Sequence record: PQ390715.1
DNA length: 64,000 nucleotides
Direction: 5' to 3' (one strand)
Below the pieces are notes generated by a model. It was not told the DNA's origin, ran no database searches, and was given only the letters and a program-made list of their open reading frames with translations. Below, piece by piece: positions 1 through 10,053 of this stretch (its first letter is position 1; every line of letters begins with the position of its first letter). A program made the translations under genes and the position numbers.

Positions 1-638
1 CGTGGCCCAAGAATAATACCATCGATGAAACCATGTTCACCATATTCAAGAGCTTCTTCTGCATTTAACCACAAATCACGGTCTGCATCTTTAAGTAGTT
101 GTTCGTGTGTTACACCAACTGCTTCTGCAATTTCTTTAGTCAATAGAGTGTTTAGGGCATCAGAATGTTTAAGTGAAATCTTCTGGTCAGTAATTAGACC
201 TTGTGTACCAGAACTTACTTGGTGACACATGAAATAAGAACGCTTACCACCTAAACGGAAACCTTTAGTACCAATTACAGATTGTGTATAGCAACCCATT
301 GATGCTGCATAGCCCATTACTACAGTGCGAATTGGAGAAATACAAGACTTAGCAACATCTGCAATACCCAAACCTGCGTGTACTGAACCACCCGGTGAAC
401 TAATGTAGAATGTAATAGGGGAATCACCTTGTGAGTCTAACCATACCAATTGTTGTTTGATGATATGTGCCATTTGATCATTGAAATCAGTATCAAGGAA
501 AATGATACGGTCTTGCATCATACGAGATGCTAGATCATATGTACGTTCTGAACCATTAACTTTCTCAACTACGTAAGGAATAGAAATGTTACGTACTTCG
601 CCATTAGCATAACCACCAAACATGAATTGTTCAACCAT
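1..638 (-). CDS. clpP: ATP-dependent Clp protease proteolytic subunit (3' end runs off the window; absent from the ORF track)
   Basis: Manual translation from ATG at 638: MVEQFMFGG...YDLASRMMQDRIIFL...YISSPGGSV...GYAASMG...MCHQVSSG...DADRDLWLNAEEALEYG..FIDGI; catalytic Ser (AASMG), His (MCHQ) and Asp (DRD) in ClpP spacing. Confidence 0.93.
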   Translation of the reverse strand, partial: MVEQFMFGGYANGEVRNISIPYVVEKVNGSERTYDLASRMMQDRIIFLDTDFNDQMAHIIKQQLVWLDSQGDSPITFYISSPGGSVHAGLGIADVAKSCISPIRTVVMGYAASMGCYTQSVIGTKGFRLGGKRSYFMCHQVSSGTQGLITDQKISLKHSDALNTLLTKEIAEAVGVTHEQLLKDADRDLWLNAEEALEYGEHGFIDGIILGP

Positions 639-672
639 TATTAATTTCCTCTATTATTTCGTTGTTGTGAGT

Positions 673-701
673 ATTATATCACTAAGATTTAAAATGTCCA
701 A
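673..701 (-). promoter_or_regulatory. sigma70-like promoter upstream of clpP
   Basis: Minus strand TTGGAC-N17-TATAAT with extended -10 TG. Confidence 0.6.
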
Positions 702-702
702 A

Positions 703-1143
703 CTATTTTACTGGAATATTTGAAAAGAAATCAGTCATCCAATACGCCGTCTCTTTGTTGAATAATACTGGATCAAACTTAAGTAACTCAACATGACTTG
801 TATCATACACGCTTGTATCGGTAATGTCAAACAAAGTTTTAGTACTGAATAATGGATTACTCACTAGAAAGTAGTAATCAGCAGTAGTGCTAATGTCATC
901 ATAAAACACACCGTCATACCATCCATCATCATATACAAAAACAGAATCGTCATGAAGATAGTAAACTTCTATATGTAAACTCAAGTTCTTCATGGTTTCA
1001 ATCATTTTTGCCGTATGAGGATTTAACTTATTGACATTTTCAAACACATAAGAGTGTTTTTTATTCATATCAACAAATGAAAATATTCGTACTGAACGTA
1101 TATTCATATTACTCCAAATAAACAAGTGAATTAATGAAATCAT
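703..1143 (-). CDS. hypothetical protein
   Basis: 146-aa ORF in the co-oriented minus-strand run; true start may be downstream. Confidence 0.65.
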   Translation of the reverse strand: MISLIHLFIWSNMNIRSVRIFSFVDMNKKHSYVFENVNKLNPHTAKMIETMKNLSLHIEVYYLHDDSVFVYDDGWYDGVFYDDISTTADYYFLVSNPLFSTKTLFDITDTSVYDTSHVELLKFDPVLFNKETAYWMTDFFSNIPVK

Positions 1144-1492
1144 ATTTCAATTTATCATCAACATAATTCAAATCAACTTTAATCATCGGAGCATGGGAAC
1201 GTATAGACAGTGTTTCCATAAAGTACTGATTAAGTTTGTATGTATGGAAAAGATGAATATCTCGTTTCAACACCACCATTACTTCCCCGAACAGATCACA
1301 GAGTTCAACTTCAGTGTTAGTTGGGTCAAACCCATAACGATTCTTTAATGTACGTGGTTCTTTATTTCGATAATAATGCACAGCTTTATTACTATTCACT
1401 AACAAGTGATGATATGCATTACTATAAACTGAGCAAATAACTCGGCTTGGATAATTGGTATATTCTGGTAGTTCAAAATAAATTAATGACAC
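1109..1492 (-). CDS. hypothetical protein
   Basis: 127-aa ORF, GAGG SD upstream. Confidence 0.7.
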   Translation of the reverse strand: MSLIYFELPEYTNYPSRVICSVYSNAYHHLLVNSNKAVHYYRNKEPRTLKNRYGFDPTNTEVELCDLFGEVMVVLKRDIHLFHTYKLNQYFMETLSIRSHAPMIKVDLNYVDDKLKYDFINSLVYLE

Positions 1493-1504
1493 AATATCCT
1501 CTCA

Positions 1505-2296
1505 TTAAATTTCAAATACAAATTTAGGATTGTAATCAAAATTCTCACAAGCTCCACTGTATGATTCATAGCCTCGTGGATTACAAATGATACGTGTCTT
1601 ACCAATGTGGTAGTCAAAACTACTATGAACATGACCATGAATCCAAACATCAGCACCCAAATCTTCAATGTACTGATCCATATCGGAACAGTAACAACCA
1701 TTCAGTGAATCATTTTTATATTTTGGTGAAACACTTTGATAACTTGGTGCGTGATGGGTAACCACGATTACCTTGAAATCATTATCATGCATAAAGCGAA
1801 CTGTGTCAATAGAATTTTTGATAAATTGTTTATCTTTGTGATGCATAAACTCAGTATCATCTGGTGTCAGTTTCTTACGCCAAGGCTCTGATGTTGTTCC
1901 ATGACGGATATGTTTGTAATCGTTCATCTTCAGACGAGCATCAAACTTCGTCAAAGAATTACCTTTATCGAAGTCTGTCCACAGAGTACTACCAACAAGC
2001 AGTACTCCATCCAGCCATACAAATTTGTTTTGCAAAAAGATGAAATTAGGAATCTCATCTTGCATATCGGACAGTACTTTATGCGTTTTGTGGATATTGG
2101 AACCATAATATTCATGATTGCCAGGAACCAGTACTACATTCTTAAACTGCTTACATAGTGATTCTATACCAGTACGGTAACGACTGCGTTTAACTTCATC
2201 GAAGTCCCCAGCAATAATCAGTACTGTATCACTGTAATCACCACTATGGAGGTAATCAGTCCCACCGTGTACATCAGATGTTACAACAAATTTCAT
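1505..2296 (-). CDS. calcineurin-like metallophosphoesterase
   Basis: Motifs SDVH, AGD, PGNHEYY, THHAP, HGHVH. Confidence 0.9.
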   Translation of the reverse strand: MKFVVTSDVHGGTDYLHSGDYSDTVLIIAGDFDEVKRSRYRTGIESLCKQFKNVVLVPGNHEYYGSNIHKTHKVLSDMQDEIPNFIFLQNKFVWLDGVLLVGSTLWTDFDKGNSLTKFDARLKMNDYKHIRHGTTSEPWRKKLTPDDTEFMHHKDKQFIKNSIDTVRFMHDNDFKVIVVTHHAPSYQSVSPKYKNDSLNGCYCSDMDQYIEDLGADVWIHGHVHSSFDYHIGKTRIICNPRGYESYSGACENFDYNPKFVFEI

Positions 2297-2315
2297 AATT
2301 ACCTCCTATAAATGA

Positions 2316-3734
2316 TTAACCGAGTGATTCAAGAATACTATTAGAGAACACCTCAACAGCACTATCACGAATTTCTAAGATACGAGTATAGTCGTCACAA
2401 GTGTTTTTGTCAAATCTAAATTCAATAAACACTGGTAAAAATAGTGATGGCTCACCAGTACGCTTATCGAATACAATATCATTGCACTCTACTGTTACTA
2501 CTTGACCGATGAGTTCTTGCATTCTTTCCCAAATGGTTTTAAACGTCCATTCTGCGTCTTTCTCTTTAATTCCAGTACCTACATTAACTTTCAATGTACC
2601 GCACGCACTTTCCAGTTGTAAAGAACCAAGGCTACCTTTACGCTTACCTTCACCTTCATTGAAACCAACAATACGCAAGTCCAGTTGCATTTTGAGTTTC
2701 ATTTTCAATTGCTTAGGAGAAGTGTGAGATTTCCAGATACCATCTTCACATTTCAGTACTGAACCCTCTTCACCTACGCTCATTAGTTCACTATTGTACT
2801 CAAATGCTTCTTTGATGTTTAGAACTTTACGGAATCCAACCATACGAACAAAATCACTACTGAGTTCGTTAATTGCATCTACTAAGATCTCGCGACGTTC
2901 TTTACGTTTTACATCCCATACACCTTCACAAAATGCATCATATGGAACAACATCCCATAGAACAAATACAGTACGCATTGCTTCATTCTGACTGATACTA
3001 TCTTTTCCAGCTTTCTGAATTATACCATTGCCAGTAGTGCGTGGGAGAATGGTTTCTCCATCATTGTCCAGTACTACACCTTCCCCCATAAAGACCACAC
3101 CACTACTAAAACGTTCATCTTTACTTTGGATGATGTGAGCAAGACCTGCCATCTCACCATCACGACAACCCAGGAAGTCGTATAGTTTACCATTACGGGA
3201 TGTAGAAGTTAATGAACCATTAATGACAACGTGGTTCAAGTACTGACCATCCATTTTCACTTCTGATATAGCGTAACCATAATCTTTGAAGTTGATGTTC
3301 TTTGCAGTCTTTTTGTCAATCAAAGAACAACGCATATATGGTTCGTCTTTAATAAAGCCTTTACCAAATACATCATTGCAGTTCTTTTCTTGAATACCAC
3401 AATCAAGGTTTTTAGTAAGCATTTTACGGAGAACTTCCTGATCATCTTCAGATACAGAACCCAGTACTGAAGCAATGAAATCACGCCCCGCATTTCCTGT
3501 CACATCACGCTTGTAAATGCATTCTAGCTTATCAATTGCTTCATCTAACGTCATATGTTGATATACGTCATCAGCGTCAGGGAGCTTCTTATAGCCACTT
3601 ACGATAGAAGGGTCTAGAGTATATTTCAGTACTTTTTGTAAAGTTACATTATCTTTATTTTGTTCAAGAATAGCTTTTTTGCCTAGTGTACTGCTAGTAT
3701 TTTTAATGCTTTCAAGAATTGCTAAAATGCTCAT
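2316..3734 (-). CDS. lig: ATP-dependent DNA ligase (T4 gp30-like)
   Basis: Adenylation motif EVKMDG, FMGEG, LWDV, EEGSVLK, K-x-K motif (KMKLK), OB-fold tail with LFLPVFIEFRFDK. Confidence 0.95.
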   Translation of the reverse strand: MSILAILESIKNTSSTLGKKAILEQNKDNVTLQKVLKYTLDPSIVSGYKKLPDADDVYQHMTLDEAIDKLECIYKRDVTGNAGRDFIASVLGSVSEDDQEVLRKMLTKNLDCGIQEKNCNDVFGKGFIKDEPYMRCSLIDKKTAKNINFKDYGYAISEVKMDGQYLNHVVINGSLTSTSRNGKLYDFLGCRDGEMAGLAHIIQSKDERFSSGVVFMGEGVVLDNDGETILPRTTGNGIIQKAGKDSISQNEAMRTVFVLWDVVPYDAFCEGVWDVKRKERREILVDAINELSSDFVRMVGFRKVLNIKEAFEYNSELMSVGEEGSVLKCEDGIWKSHTSPKQLKMKLKMQLDLRIVGFNEGEGKRKGSLGSLQLESACGTLKVNVGTGIKEKDAEWTFKTIWERMQELIGQVVTVECNDIVFDKRTGEPSLFLPVFIEFRFDKNTCDDYTRILEIRDSAVEVFSNSILESLG

Positions 3735-3745
3735 TGTATATTCCT

Positions 3746-4948
3746 TTATAGATAATACTTTCCAATATAAAGTGGATTACTAATTGATAGTTGAACGTGA
3801 CACGGCTTATCTTGGTAGTAACGAGAACTTGATGTTTTGCGTTCATTTGGTGGGAAGAATGGGGAACGATAGCCATTCCATGTACTAAATGATGAGTGTT
3901 CATTAATATCAACATCCATTACCATAATCCCATTATCATCAATTTGAACTGGATATGCACTAAAGCGTTCAAATTTATCATTATAATGGATATTATAATC
4001 TCCACTACGCCCATAATAACTACGCGTTGTATTATTACTTACACCAAAAAATACGCGATATGTTTGTTCATTATCTTTAGTCATAAATGGTACGTTCTCG
4101 TTGAAACGTCCATTATTCATAAGATCATCAACATTTATTTCTTCATATTTAATTTTTAGGTCTTTTGCTTTAAATGATTTATTGTGTACCAGTACTGGAA
4201 TGTTAGATTCACCTAATGGGTTATGTCTGTTTGTTCTATAGCTTTGCCAAAAATCATTAGCAAGTTTAATTTCTTCATCTGCCGTAGTCTTCTTATTCAA
4301 GAGTGCACGAGGTTCCAGATTGTAATTATCCAAACGTTGATTCAATGCATAAGTTCCACGAGTACTGTTGAAAAGTAAATGATAAACAGAACTTTTGTCG
4401 GGGTATGCAAATTCTTTAGTTTTCTTTATACAAATTGCATGAACTTTACCGCAGTAATAGTAATCTTCTTTGAGATAAGTGAAACCATCACCAACTTTAA
4501 GACCTGCTACAGTTTCTTTTTGTTGTTCTTTTTTATTTTCTTTTTCAACCAACTTAGCAAACGTTTTTGTTTTACCATTAATTAATTCTAAGTTATTGTT
4601 GAAAAACATTGGGTCTACAAAAACACCTTTGATTATATCGTTATTGATAATTAAATCATTCATGTTTTTGGCACTAATCATAAATTCAAATCCTTCTGGG
4701 TGACGGATCGTGAAATATGTTTCTCGTGCATGAGTTGTTAATTTATCAACTACACAAAATCCCGTAGTTGGAACGTTGTCAATATATAACGATGGAAGAT
4801 TGTTCTTCTTTGCCCAGTACTCTGCTCTCTCTTTCTTTGTTTCAAACGCTTTTGTATGTGATTTTGTTGCATCGATAATAAAACCATCAACTTGGTTGTG
4901 GTTTACATAGGAACGTGCAACAAATAACTTCTCTGGAAAATCCATCAA
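3746..4948 (-). CDS. hypothetical protein (400 aa)
   Basis: Long open frame; FTIRHPEGFEFMISAKN segment; no function recognised. Confidence 0.8.
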   Translation of the reverse strand: MMDFPEKLFVARSYVNHNQVDGFIIDATKSHTKAFETKKERAEYWAKKNNLPSLYIDNVPTTGFCVVDKLTTHARETYFTIRHPEGFEFMISAKNMNDLIINNDIIKGVFVDPMFFNNNLELINGKTKTFAKLVEKENKKEQQKETVAGLKVGDGFTYLKEDYYYCGKVHAICIKKTKEFAYPDKSSVYHLLFNSTRGTYALNQRLDNYNLEPRALLNKKTTADEEIKLANDFWQSYRTNRHNPLGESNIPVLVHNKSFKAKDLKIKYEEINVDDLMNNGRFNENVPFMTKDNEQTYRVFFGVSNNTTRSYYGRSGDYNIHYNDKFERFSAYPVQIDDNGIMVMDVDINEHSSFSTWNGYRSPFFPPNERKTSSSRYYQDKPCHVQLSISNPLYIGKYYL

Positions 4949-5364
4949 ATAGTCCTCATTGTGCTGATTGCTTTTAATGTGTCAAACAATGCACCATATT
5001 TTACTTGCATTAGTTGATCACCAGCAGGAAGATTCATACGCATAACAGCCATGTCTTCAATCATTTCAGACGTACACAGTACTGCTACACAGGTAATAGC
5101 ATCATTCAATCCAGCTTCATTGAATTTGGCAAACGGAACTTTTCCCTGTTTGCTAAGGTTGTTATAATAAGAATTTAACTTATCATGTCCACCAGCATTT
5201 AGTACTACAATAGTTTCGTGTTCATAGTACCATTCATCAATAATAGTACTGAAAGCAGTACCTTCATATTCTTTAATTAGTTTAACACCAGCATGGAATG
5301 CTTGAATACCAGCTTGGACACCTTGGCAGTACATATTAGTTAAACAATACAATTTCATTTCCAT
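4945..5364 (-). CDS. peptidyl-tRNA hydrolase 2 (Pth2)-like protein
   Basis: GIQAFHA (compare Pth2 AQxxHA), TIVVLN, FNEAG..AITCVAV; 139 aa. Confidence 0.6.
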   Translation of the reverse strand: MEMKLYCLTNMYCQGVQAGIQAFHAGVKLIKEYEGTAFSTIIDEWYYEHETIVVLNAGGHDKLNSYYNNLSKQGKVPFAKFNEAGLNDAITCVAVLCTSEMIEDMAVMRMNLPAGDQLMQVKYGALFDTLKAISTMRTI

Positions 5365-5582
5365 ACCTCTTGTTTTTCTACGTAGCCTTTCCCATCACAG
5401 TGTGGACAAGCATAAAAGCTGCGGTAATCTTCTGACGGTACTTGTTGTGTTCCATTACATGTAGGACATACTTTACGTGCACCCGAAATAATACGTTCAT
5501 GGTGTTCAGCTTGTTTAGCTGAATCAAAAATACGACCATCTTCAGTTTGGTATTTTTCTACCATAACTTGAATTACTTTCAT
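5355..5582 (-). CDS. small DnaJ-type zinc-finger protein
   Basis: CPTCNGT and CPHCDGKG repeats. Confidence 0.7.
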   Translation of the reverse strand: MKVIQVMVEKYQTEDGRIFDSAKQAEHHERIISGARKVCPTCNGTQQVPSEDYRSFYACPHCDGKGYVEKQEVWK

Positions 5583-5592
5583 TTCTATTTCC

Positions 5593-5862
5593 TTATAAAA
5601 ATGTTAAATCTTCAGTACTTAATTGTGATAATTTACCATCATATTCAATTTCAACATATACATTTTGGTCATAAACAGCAACTACACGTTTAATAACTCC
5701 AATCTTCACGACATTCTTTTTGTAGTTGAACTCAACTGAACAACCAATAAGTTTATTTGATAGAATCTCACGTATTTGATTAGCATGGTCTTTTAGGATA
5801 GAATTAATAGATTTTTTCATAATATATCTATCATTCAAATATTTTTTAACTACATCATGCAT
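5593..5862 (-). CDS. family C small paralogue
   Basis: N-terminal helix then NKLIGCSV and a beta-rich tail. Confidence 0.65.
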   Translation of the reverse strand: MHDVVKKYLNDRYIMKKSINSILKDHANQIREILSNKLIGCSVEFNYKKNVVKIGVIKRVVAVYDQNVYVEIEYDGKLSQLSTEDLTFL

Positions 5863-5867
5863 AATTA

Positions 5868-6626
5868 TTACCTTTTGAAACGATTGAATGAGTACTCATC
5901 TTTTTCTTTACGTAAGTATCTCATTCCACCACTTTGTGGAGTAGCGAGAGTTAAGTCACCCGTCAAGAACTGACTATCAATCCAAATGCGATTACCGTAA
6001 ATTAGTGGATCTGTAACTGCTGTATGTCCACTAAAGACACAATGCACTCCATCTAACTTAGGTGCATAATATGTATTATTAGTTCTACAATAATCGAATG
6101 TTTTTCTATCCCACAAGCACTTATCAATTATATCAGCACTAAGTGATTTTGTCCCATTAACAAATCGTTCCCATGTTGTATATTCCAACGGAACTCCAGC
6201 ATGAACTAACCCAATCTTCAATCCTCGGTGATTGATTTGGATAATCATAGGGAGATCCTTTAAGTACTGACGAAAGAATTGAATGCCTGTTCCTCCAACT
6301 TCATCAAGGAATTTATCACCACCATTACTTATCCAACAATGATACCAATCTCGAAGTGTTTCCGAATCAACGCACATCATCTCATGATTACCCGCAATCA
6401 TGTAACGATTTTCTCCGAACAAAAATTCAAAAAGGAGCTTTGAATTTTGTTCTCCACGGTCGATAATATCACCTACACTGAAAACATAATCATTGTGTGT
6501 AATACCAAATTCTTTCACTGTAGCATCCCATAGTTTACCATTACCATGCAAATCACCTACAATGTATAAATCTTTATCATCAGGTACGGTTACTTCTAAG
6601 AAGTGTTTCATTATTACTCCAACCAT
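5868..6626 (-). CDS. Ser/Thr protein phosphatase (lambda NinI/PrpA-like)
   Basis: VGDLHG, VGDIIDRG, GNHE, HAG, GHT motifs; likely start MKHFLEV. Confidence 0.9.
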   Translation of the reverse strand: MVGVIMKHFLEVTVPDDKDLYIVGDLHGNGKLWDATVKEFGITHNDYVFSVGDIIDRGEQNSKLLFEFLFGENRYMIAGNHEMMCVDSETLRDWYHCWISNGGDKFLDEVGGTGIQFFRQYLKDLPMIIQINHRGLKIGLVHAGVPLEYTTWERFVNGTKSLSADIIDKCLWDRKTFDYCRTNNTYYAPKLDGVHCVFSGHTAVTDPLIYGNRIWIDSQFLTGDLTLATPQSGGMRYLRKEKDEYSFNRFKR

Positions 6627-6865
6627 ATAATATTAGTGTGTTTAGTAACTTGTGTTCCAGCAAAAGAACCATCTTTAAGATAAGTATTAATTTTAAAACG
6701 CCATTCACCACCACTAATATACATATCAGTAATAATATACTTTCCATACCCTCTGGAGTTTATTAATCGTACTTCTTGACCAATATATTTTGGCTTCAGA
6801 TCATTTATAAAATCATCAGCCAAAGACATAAGATATCGCAGATGTGATAAGTCAGTGTTGAACAT
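6614..6865 (-). CDS. family C small paralogue
   Basis: KPKYIGQEVRL. Confidence 0.7.
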   Translation of the reverse strand: MFNTDLSHLRYLMSLADDFINDLKPKYIGQEVRLINSRGYGKYIITDMYISGGEWRFKINTYLKDGSFAGTQVTKHTNIIWLE

Positions 6866-7080
6866 TATTTCTTTCTCTTATATTTGTTAATAATATCTTG
6901 GGTAAGTGAAATAAAAATATATACTAATGTTACAGGCCAAATAATAGCCATCAGTGCTGCTGTTTGGAGATTCATGATAATCATGATTTCATCTTTAAAA
7001 CAACCCCAATTGAGTACTAGAAAGTTGGTTATAAATGTAACAAATGCTACAAATCCATATATTGCAAAAAATGTTATCAT
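6865..7080 (-). CDS. small membrane protein
   Basis: Two hydrophobic stretches, WP motif, basic C-terminus. Confidence 0.7.
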   Translation of the reverse strand: MITFFAIYGFVAFVTFITNFLVLNWGCFKDEIMIIMNLQTAALMAIIWPVTLVYIFISLTQDIINKYKRKK

Positions 7081-7082
7081 AA

Positions 7083-7412
7083 TTATTCCTCATCATCCAC
7101 TAAAACAAGATAATCCAAACTCAACTCGGTATCTATGTAACAATCACAATTCAAGTACTCAATTTCAGCACCTATAGTTCTCCCATTCTTAAATATCTCA
7201 ATGATTTTCATTCTAGTATTGGGATTAATGTGTTCAATGTCGTATTCGTATTCAGGGTCAATATACTCACTTGTCATACGTTTGATGTATTGTTCCGAAT
7301 ATCGTACAGTTTTACCTATAAGATCATTACTCAACGTCTGATAAAAATCATCTTGAATTTTGAATAATGACCTATAAAAAATATTATGTTGAATTAGTGG
7401 TTTCATTGACAT
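7083..7412 (-). CDS. family C small paralogue
   Basis: NDLIGKTVRY. Confidence 0.7.
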   Translation of the reverse strand: MSMKPLIQHNIFYRSLFKIQDDFYQTLSNDLIGKTVRYSEQYIKRMTSEYIDPEYEYDIEHINPNTRMKIIEIFKNGRTIGAEIEYLNCDCYIDTELSLDYLVLVDDEE

Positions 7413-8041
7413 TAATCACAACTTCCAGACGATGAACTTGAATCAGAACTAGAGCTATCATAGGAACAAGAATCAGAGGAAGAACTGCTGTGACGGCTAT
7501 AATCACTGTAATCATCATTGTTGTAGATTGGTGATGTTACGATTGCTGCTGCGGTCGCTGCCGTTGCAATTTGTGCAGTATGGTCATGAACATCTAGTTT
7601 TGGTTCATCCTTAGATTTACCTTTGTTCTTACCTTTAGTGTAACGAGCTTTCTTTGCAGTTTTAGTATTTTTCTGTACTTTAGGAGCTTTTGGTTTCACA
7701 TCTTCAACTACTGGAACTACATTCACTACAACTTTAGGATCAGTTTCTTCAAGTGTATTATACACTTTAACTTGCATTTGAACTTCAACTTCTTTAACTT
7801 CTTCTTTAACTTCTGGAATAACTGTTTCTGGTGCTGGAGTGATTTTATCAAGTTCTTTAGTAATAAAGAAGCTTGTATTTTTCTCACCTAGCATAACAAG
7901 AAGACCAATGGCAATCACTGGACTTAGTACTGTACCAAGTACTACATAACCTAGAACACTTCTGTTATAGTTATATGCAAGCATACCAGAAATAATAATA
8001 CCGATTACATATGCACTGCTAAGAATAATTGGGGTTAACAT
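7412..8041 (-). CDS. membrane-anchored protein with Lys-rich linker and Ser/Asp low-complexity tail
   Basis: Two N-terminal TM segments; tail SSSSSDSCSYDSSSSDSSSSSGSCD. Confidence 0.75.
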   Translation of the reverse strand: MLTPIILSSAYVIGIIISGMLAYNYNRSVLGYVVLGTVLSPVIAIGLLVMLGEKNTSFFITKELDKITPAPETVIPEVKEEVKEVEVQMQVKVYNTLEETDPKVVVNVVPVVEDVKPKAPKVQKNTKTAKKARYTKGKNKGKSKDEPKLDVHDHTAQIATAATAAAIVTSPIYNNDDYSDYSRHSSSSSDSCSYDSSSSDSSSSSGSCD

Positions 8042-8345
8042 ATTCTACTCCTTTGTATATAAATTTACTAACTTCTTCGATGTATAAAGACAACCCTGAA
8101 CGTTCATTTAGAACTAACCAAGCACCAAAACCACATCGAATCTCGGATATACGAAACTCTTCTACACTATAAATTGAATACGCGTTAAATGGACATATTT
8201 CATCAGATATACTTACCACATAGTTATTATTAATTGAATCTAACACCTGGGTATTGTATAAATTATTAGTACTGAAAATCTGCATTAACGAGCTAGAAAG
8301 CATCTCGGTTGTCTTTTCTAATATTGTTAAAAACGAACCATTCAC
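8019..8345 (-). CDS. hypothetical protein
   Basis: 108-aa ORF in run. Confidence 0.6.
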   Translation of the reverse strand: MNGSFLTILEKTTEMLSSSLMQIFSTNNLYNTQVLDSINNNYVVSISDEICPFNAYSIYSVEEFRISEIRCGFGAWLVLNERSGLSLYIEEVSKFIYKGVEYVNPNYS

Positions 8346-8402
8346 TTCAACTTCTCCCTATTGGTGATGTAATCAAATTATATCACCGAATTCTGATACG
8401 TC

Positions 8403-8708
8403 TCATGATATTCGCATTTCATCTATATATAATGAACATGATTCAGAATTATCGTCTAAACTTAAACCTAAATCGACCATCAAACCGCAATGCGTTCCCC
8501 AGAATTTCTTTATGTATAGTTTTTTGCTACTATTACCTAAATCATAAACATATTCATTTTTAAATATACTTTTTAATTCTTCACATATACATTTTATTAT
8601 CTTCATTACTTGATTATGATATTCGTATGGTATTCCATCAAGTTCGTTAATTATTAATGCAAAACCATTATCATAGTACTTAAGTTTATTGAATGTTTGT
8701 ATATCCAT
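8403..8708 (-). CDS. hypothetical protein (family C-like)
   Basis: 101-aa ORF abutting neighbours. Confidence 0.6.
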   Translation of the reverse strand: MDIQTFNKLKYYDNGFALIINELDGIPYEYHNQVMKIIKCICEELKSIFKNEYVYDLGNSSKKLYIKKFWGTHCGLMVDLGLSLDDNSESCSLYIDEMRIS

Positions 8709-9005
8709 TTAATATATAATCTCACTAGCTTCTATTGTGTAGACACCATCATCAGTCATTAATCTTACTGCAACTTTAATATTACTAGACATTCGTGTAA
8801 CTATCAATCCAATAATTATACCATTCTTTAAAGTACCATTATGGTATCTAACTTTTACTTCAGTTTTATTATCAATTAAGTATCTTCTAATTATGTGTAT
8901 TTCATTTCTGAATAATTCTAAAAAAGCTTCACTATTTTCTTTATCTGACCCGTCTGAACACCAGTACAATAAATTTACTTGTTCAAATAATTTTTTTATA
9001 TTCAT
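8709..9005 (-). CDS. family C-like small paralogue
   Basis: Helical N-half, beta tail KVRYHNGTLKNGIIIG. Confidence 0.6.
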   Translation of the reverse strand: MNIKKLFEQVNLLYWCSDGSDKENSEAFLELFRNEIHIIRRYLIDNKTEVKVRYHNGTLKNGIIIGLIVTRMSSNIKVAVRLMTDDGVYTIEASEIIY

Positions 9006-9361
9006 AAAAATCTCACAGATTTAATATTACTGGTTACATGATTTACCCAAGTGTTATCGAACTTGTAAACAATTGTATTAAGTGATTTATGAAAATTAAC
9101 CTCGCACACTAAAGCCTTGGAACCATTGATTGTACAGACCGTGGATGGTAAGTTGTTTGCTAATATCTCTTTTTCATCTAAACATAGTGAACTAATACAA
9201 TCATAATAGAGAGGTTCAAGAACTTTTTCAGTACTGAGAAAGTCAAAAGAAAGATCATCTATTAGTTTTATGTAATCGAATAAATTATGATAATATTCAT
9301 TCATTGTAGATCCTTTTAAATTTAGCATTATTAGAATATGTATATGAATGACCAAAATCAT
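9002..9361 (-). CDS. hypothetical protein (likely start MNEYY)
   Basis: ATGA overlap with neighbours. Confidence 0.6.
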   Translation of the reverse strand: MILVIHIHILIMLNLKGSTMNEYYHNLFDYIKLIDDLSFDFLSTEKVLEPLYYDCISSLCLDEKEILANNLPSTVCTINGSKALVCEVNFHKSLNTIVYKFDNTWVNHVTSNIKSVRFL

Positions 9362-9551
9362 TTACACCATGTACATTTAGTACACCGTCACTGAAATAAA
9401 TTCGATCAATAGTGAGTTCACGTTTATAATCCCAATCATCATACCAGCACAGAACACGAATGCCTTTGTACTTTGTAGTTAAATCATTTTCTAATATAGT
9501 CAAGTAATCAATATGACTTTTGAATATCTCTAAGTCCTGCTCAAACATCAT
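9297..9551 (-). CDS. family C small paralogue
   Basis: TTKYKGIRVLC. Confidence 0.7.
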   Translation of the reverse strand: MMFEQDLEIFKSHIDYLTILENDLTTKYKGIRVLCWYDDWDYKRELTIDRIYFSDGVLNVHGVNDFGHSYTYSNNAKFKRIYNE

Positions 9552-9808
9552 TGTTCCTCGTATAATTCTATATCATCAACTCCAACTTGGCGAATTGCAG
9601 TACTTCTGTTGAATGTATTTTTTTCAAACAAACATACTGTTAAACGTATTTCACACTTCAATGCACTGTAATAAATCATATCAATAACACCATATGTTTC
9701 ATACATTTCTACGTATACATTTCGACCTAAGTACTTTTCTTCTAAATCAGTAATTAGACTATTGATAAGATTACCTATCTGTGTTATATCTGTGTGAAAT
9801 TTATCCAT
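9548..9808 (-). CDS. family C small paralogue
   Basis: EEKYLGRNVYV. Confidence 0.7.
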   Translation of the reverse strand: MDKFHTDITQIGNLINSLITDLEEKYLGRNVYVEMYETYGVIDMIYYSALKCEIRLTVCLFEKNTFNRSTAIRQVGVDDIELYEEQ

Positions 9809-10053
9809 TATAATAAACCTCTCACATAAAACATTGATGAAAATAGATAATCATCAGTACTTGTGTTTAGATGTTTAGAAAAGCTATATTTTTTATGTTT
9901 TTTTTCGTATAAAGACAATCTATAGAACATTTCTATATTTTCTAAGTATTCTTTTTGTAATAACATCTGTGTTTTTACATTCATTATAATATTCCTTAAA
10001 AGAAAAAGGGACCAACATATGATCCCTTTTGTATTAGAAATTTCCTTCTGCAA
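9808..10053 (-). CDS. hypothetical protein
   Basis: Short ORF, probable start MNVKTQ. Confidence 0.5.
   Translation of the reverse strand: MQKEISNTKGIICWSLFLLRNIIMNVKTQMLLQKEYLENIEMFYRLSLYEKKHKKYSFSKHLNTSTDDYLFSSMFYVRGLL

Noticed and set aside
7412-7520. Ser/Asp low-complexity tail as a DNA repeat element
   Set aside because: Codons are mixed and non-periodic; such tails are common on phage membrane proteins.
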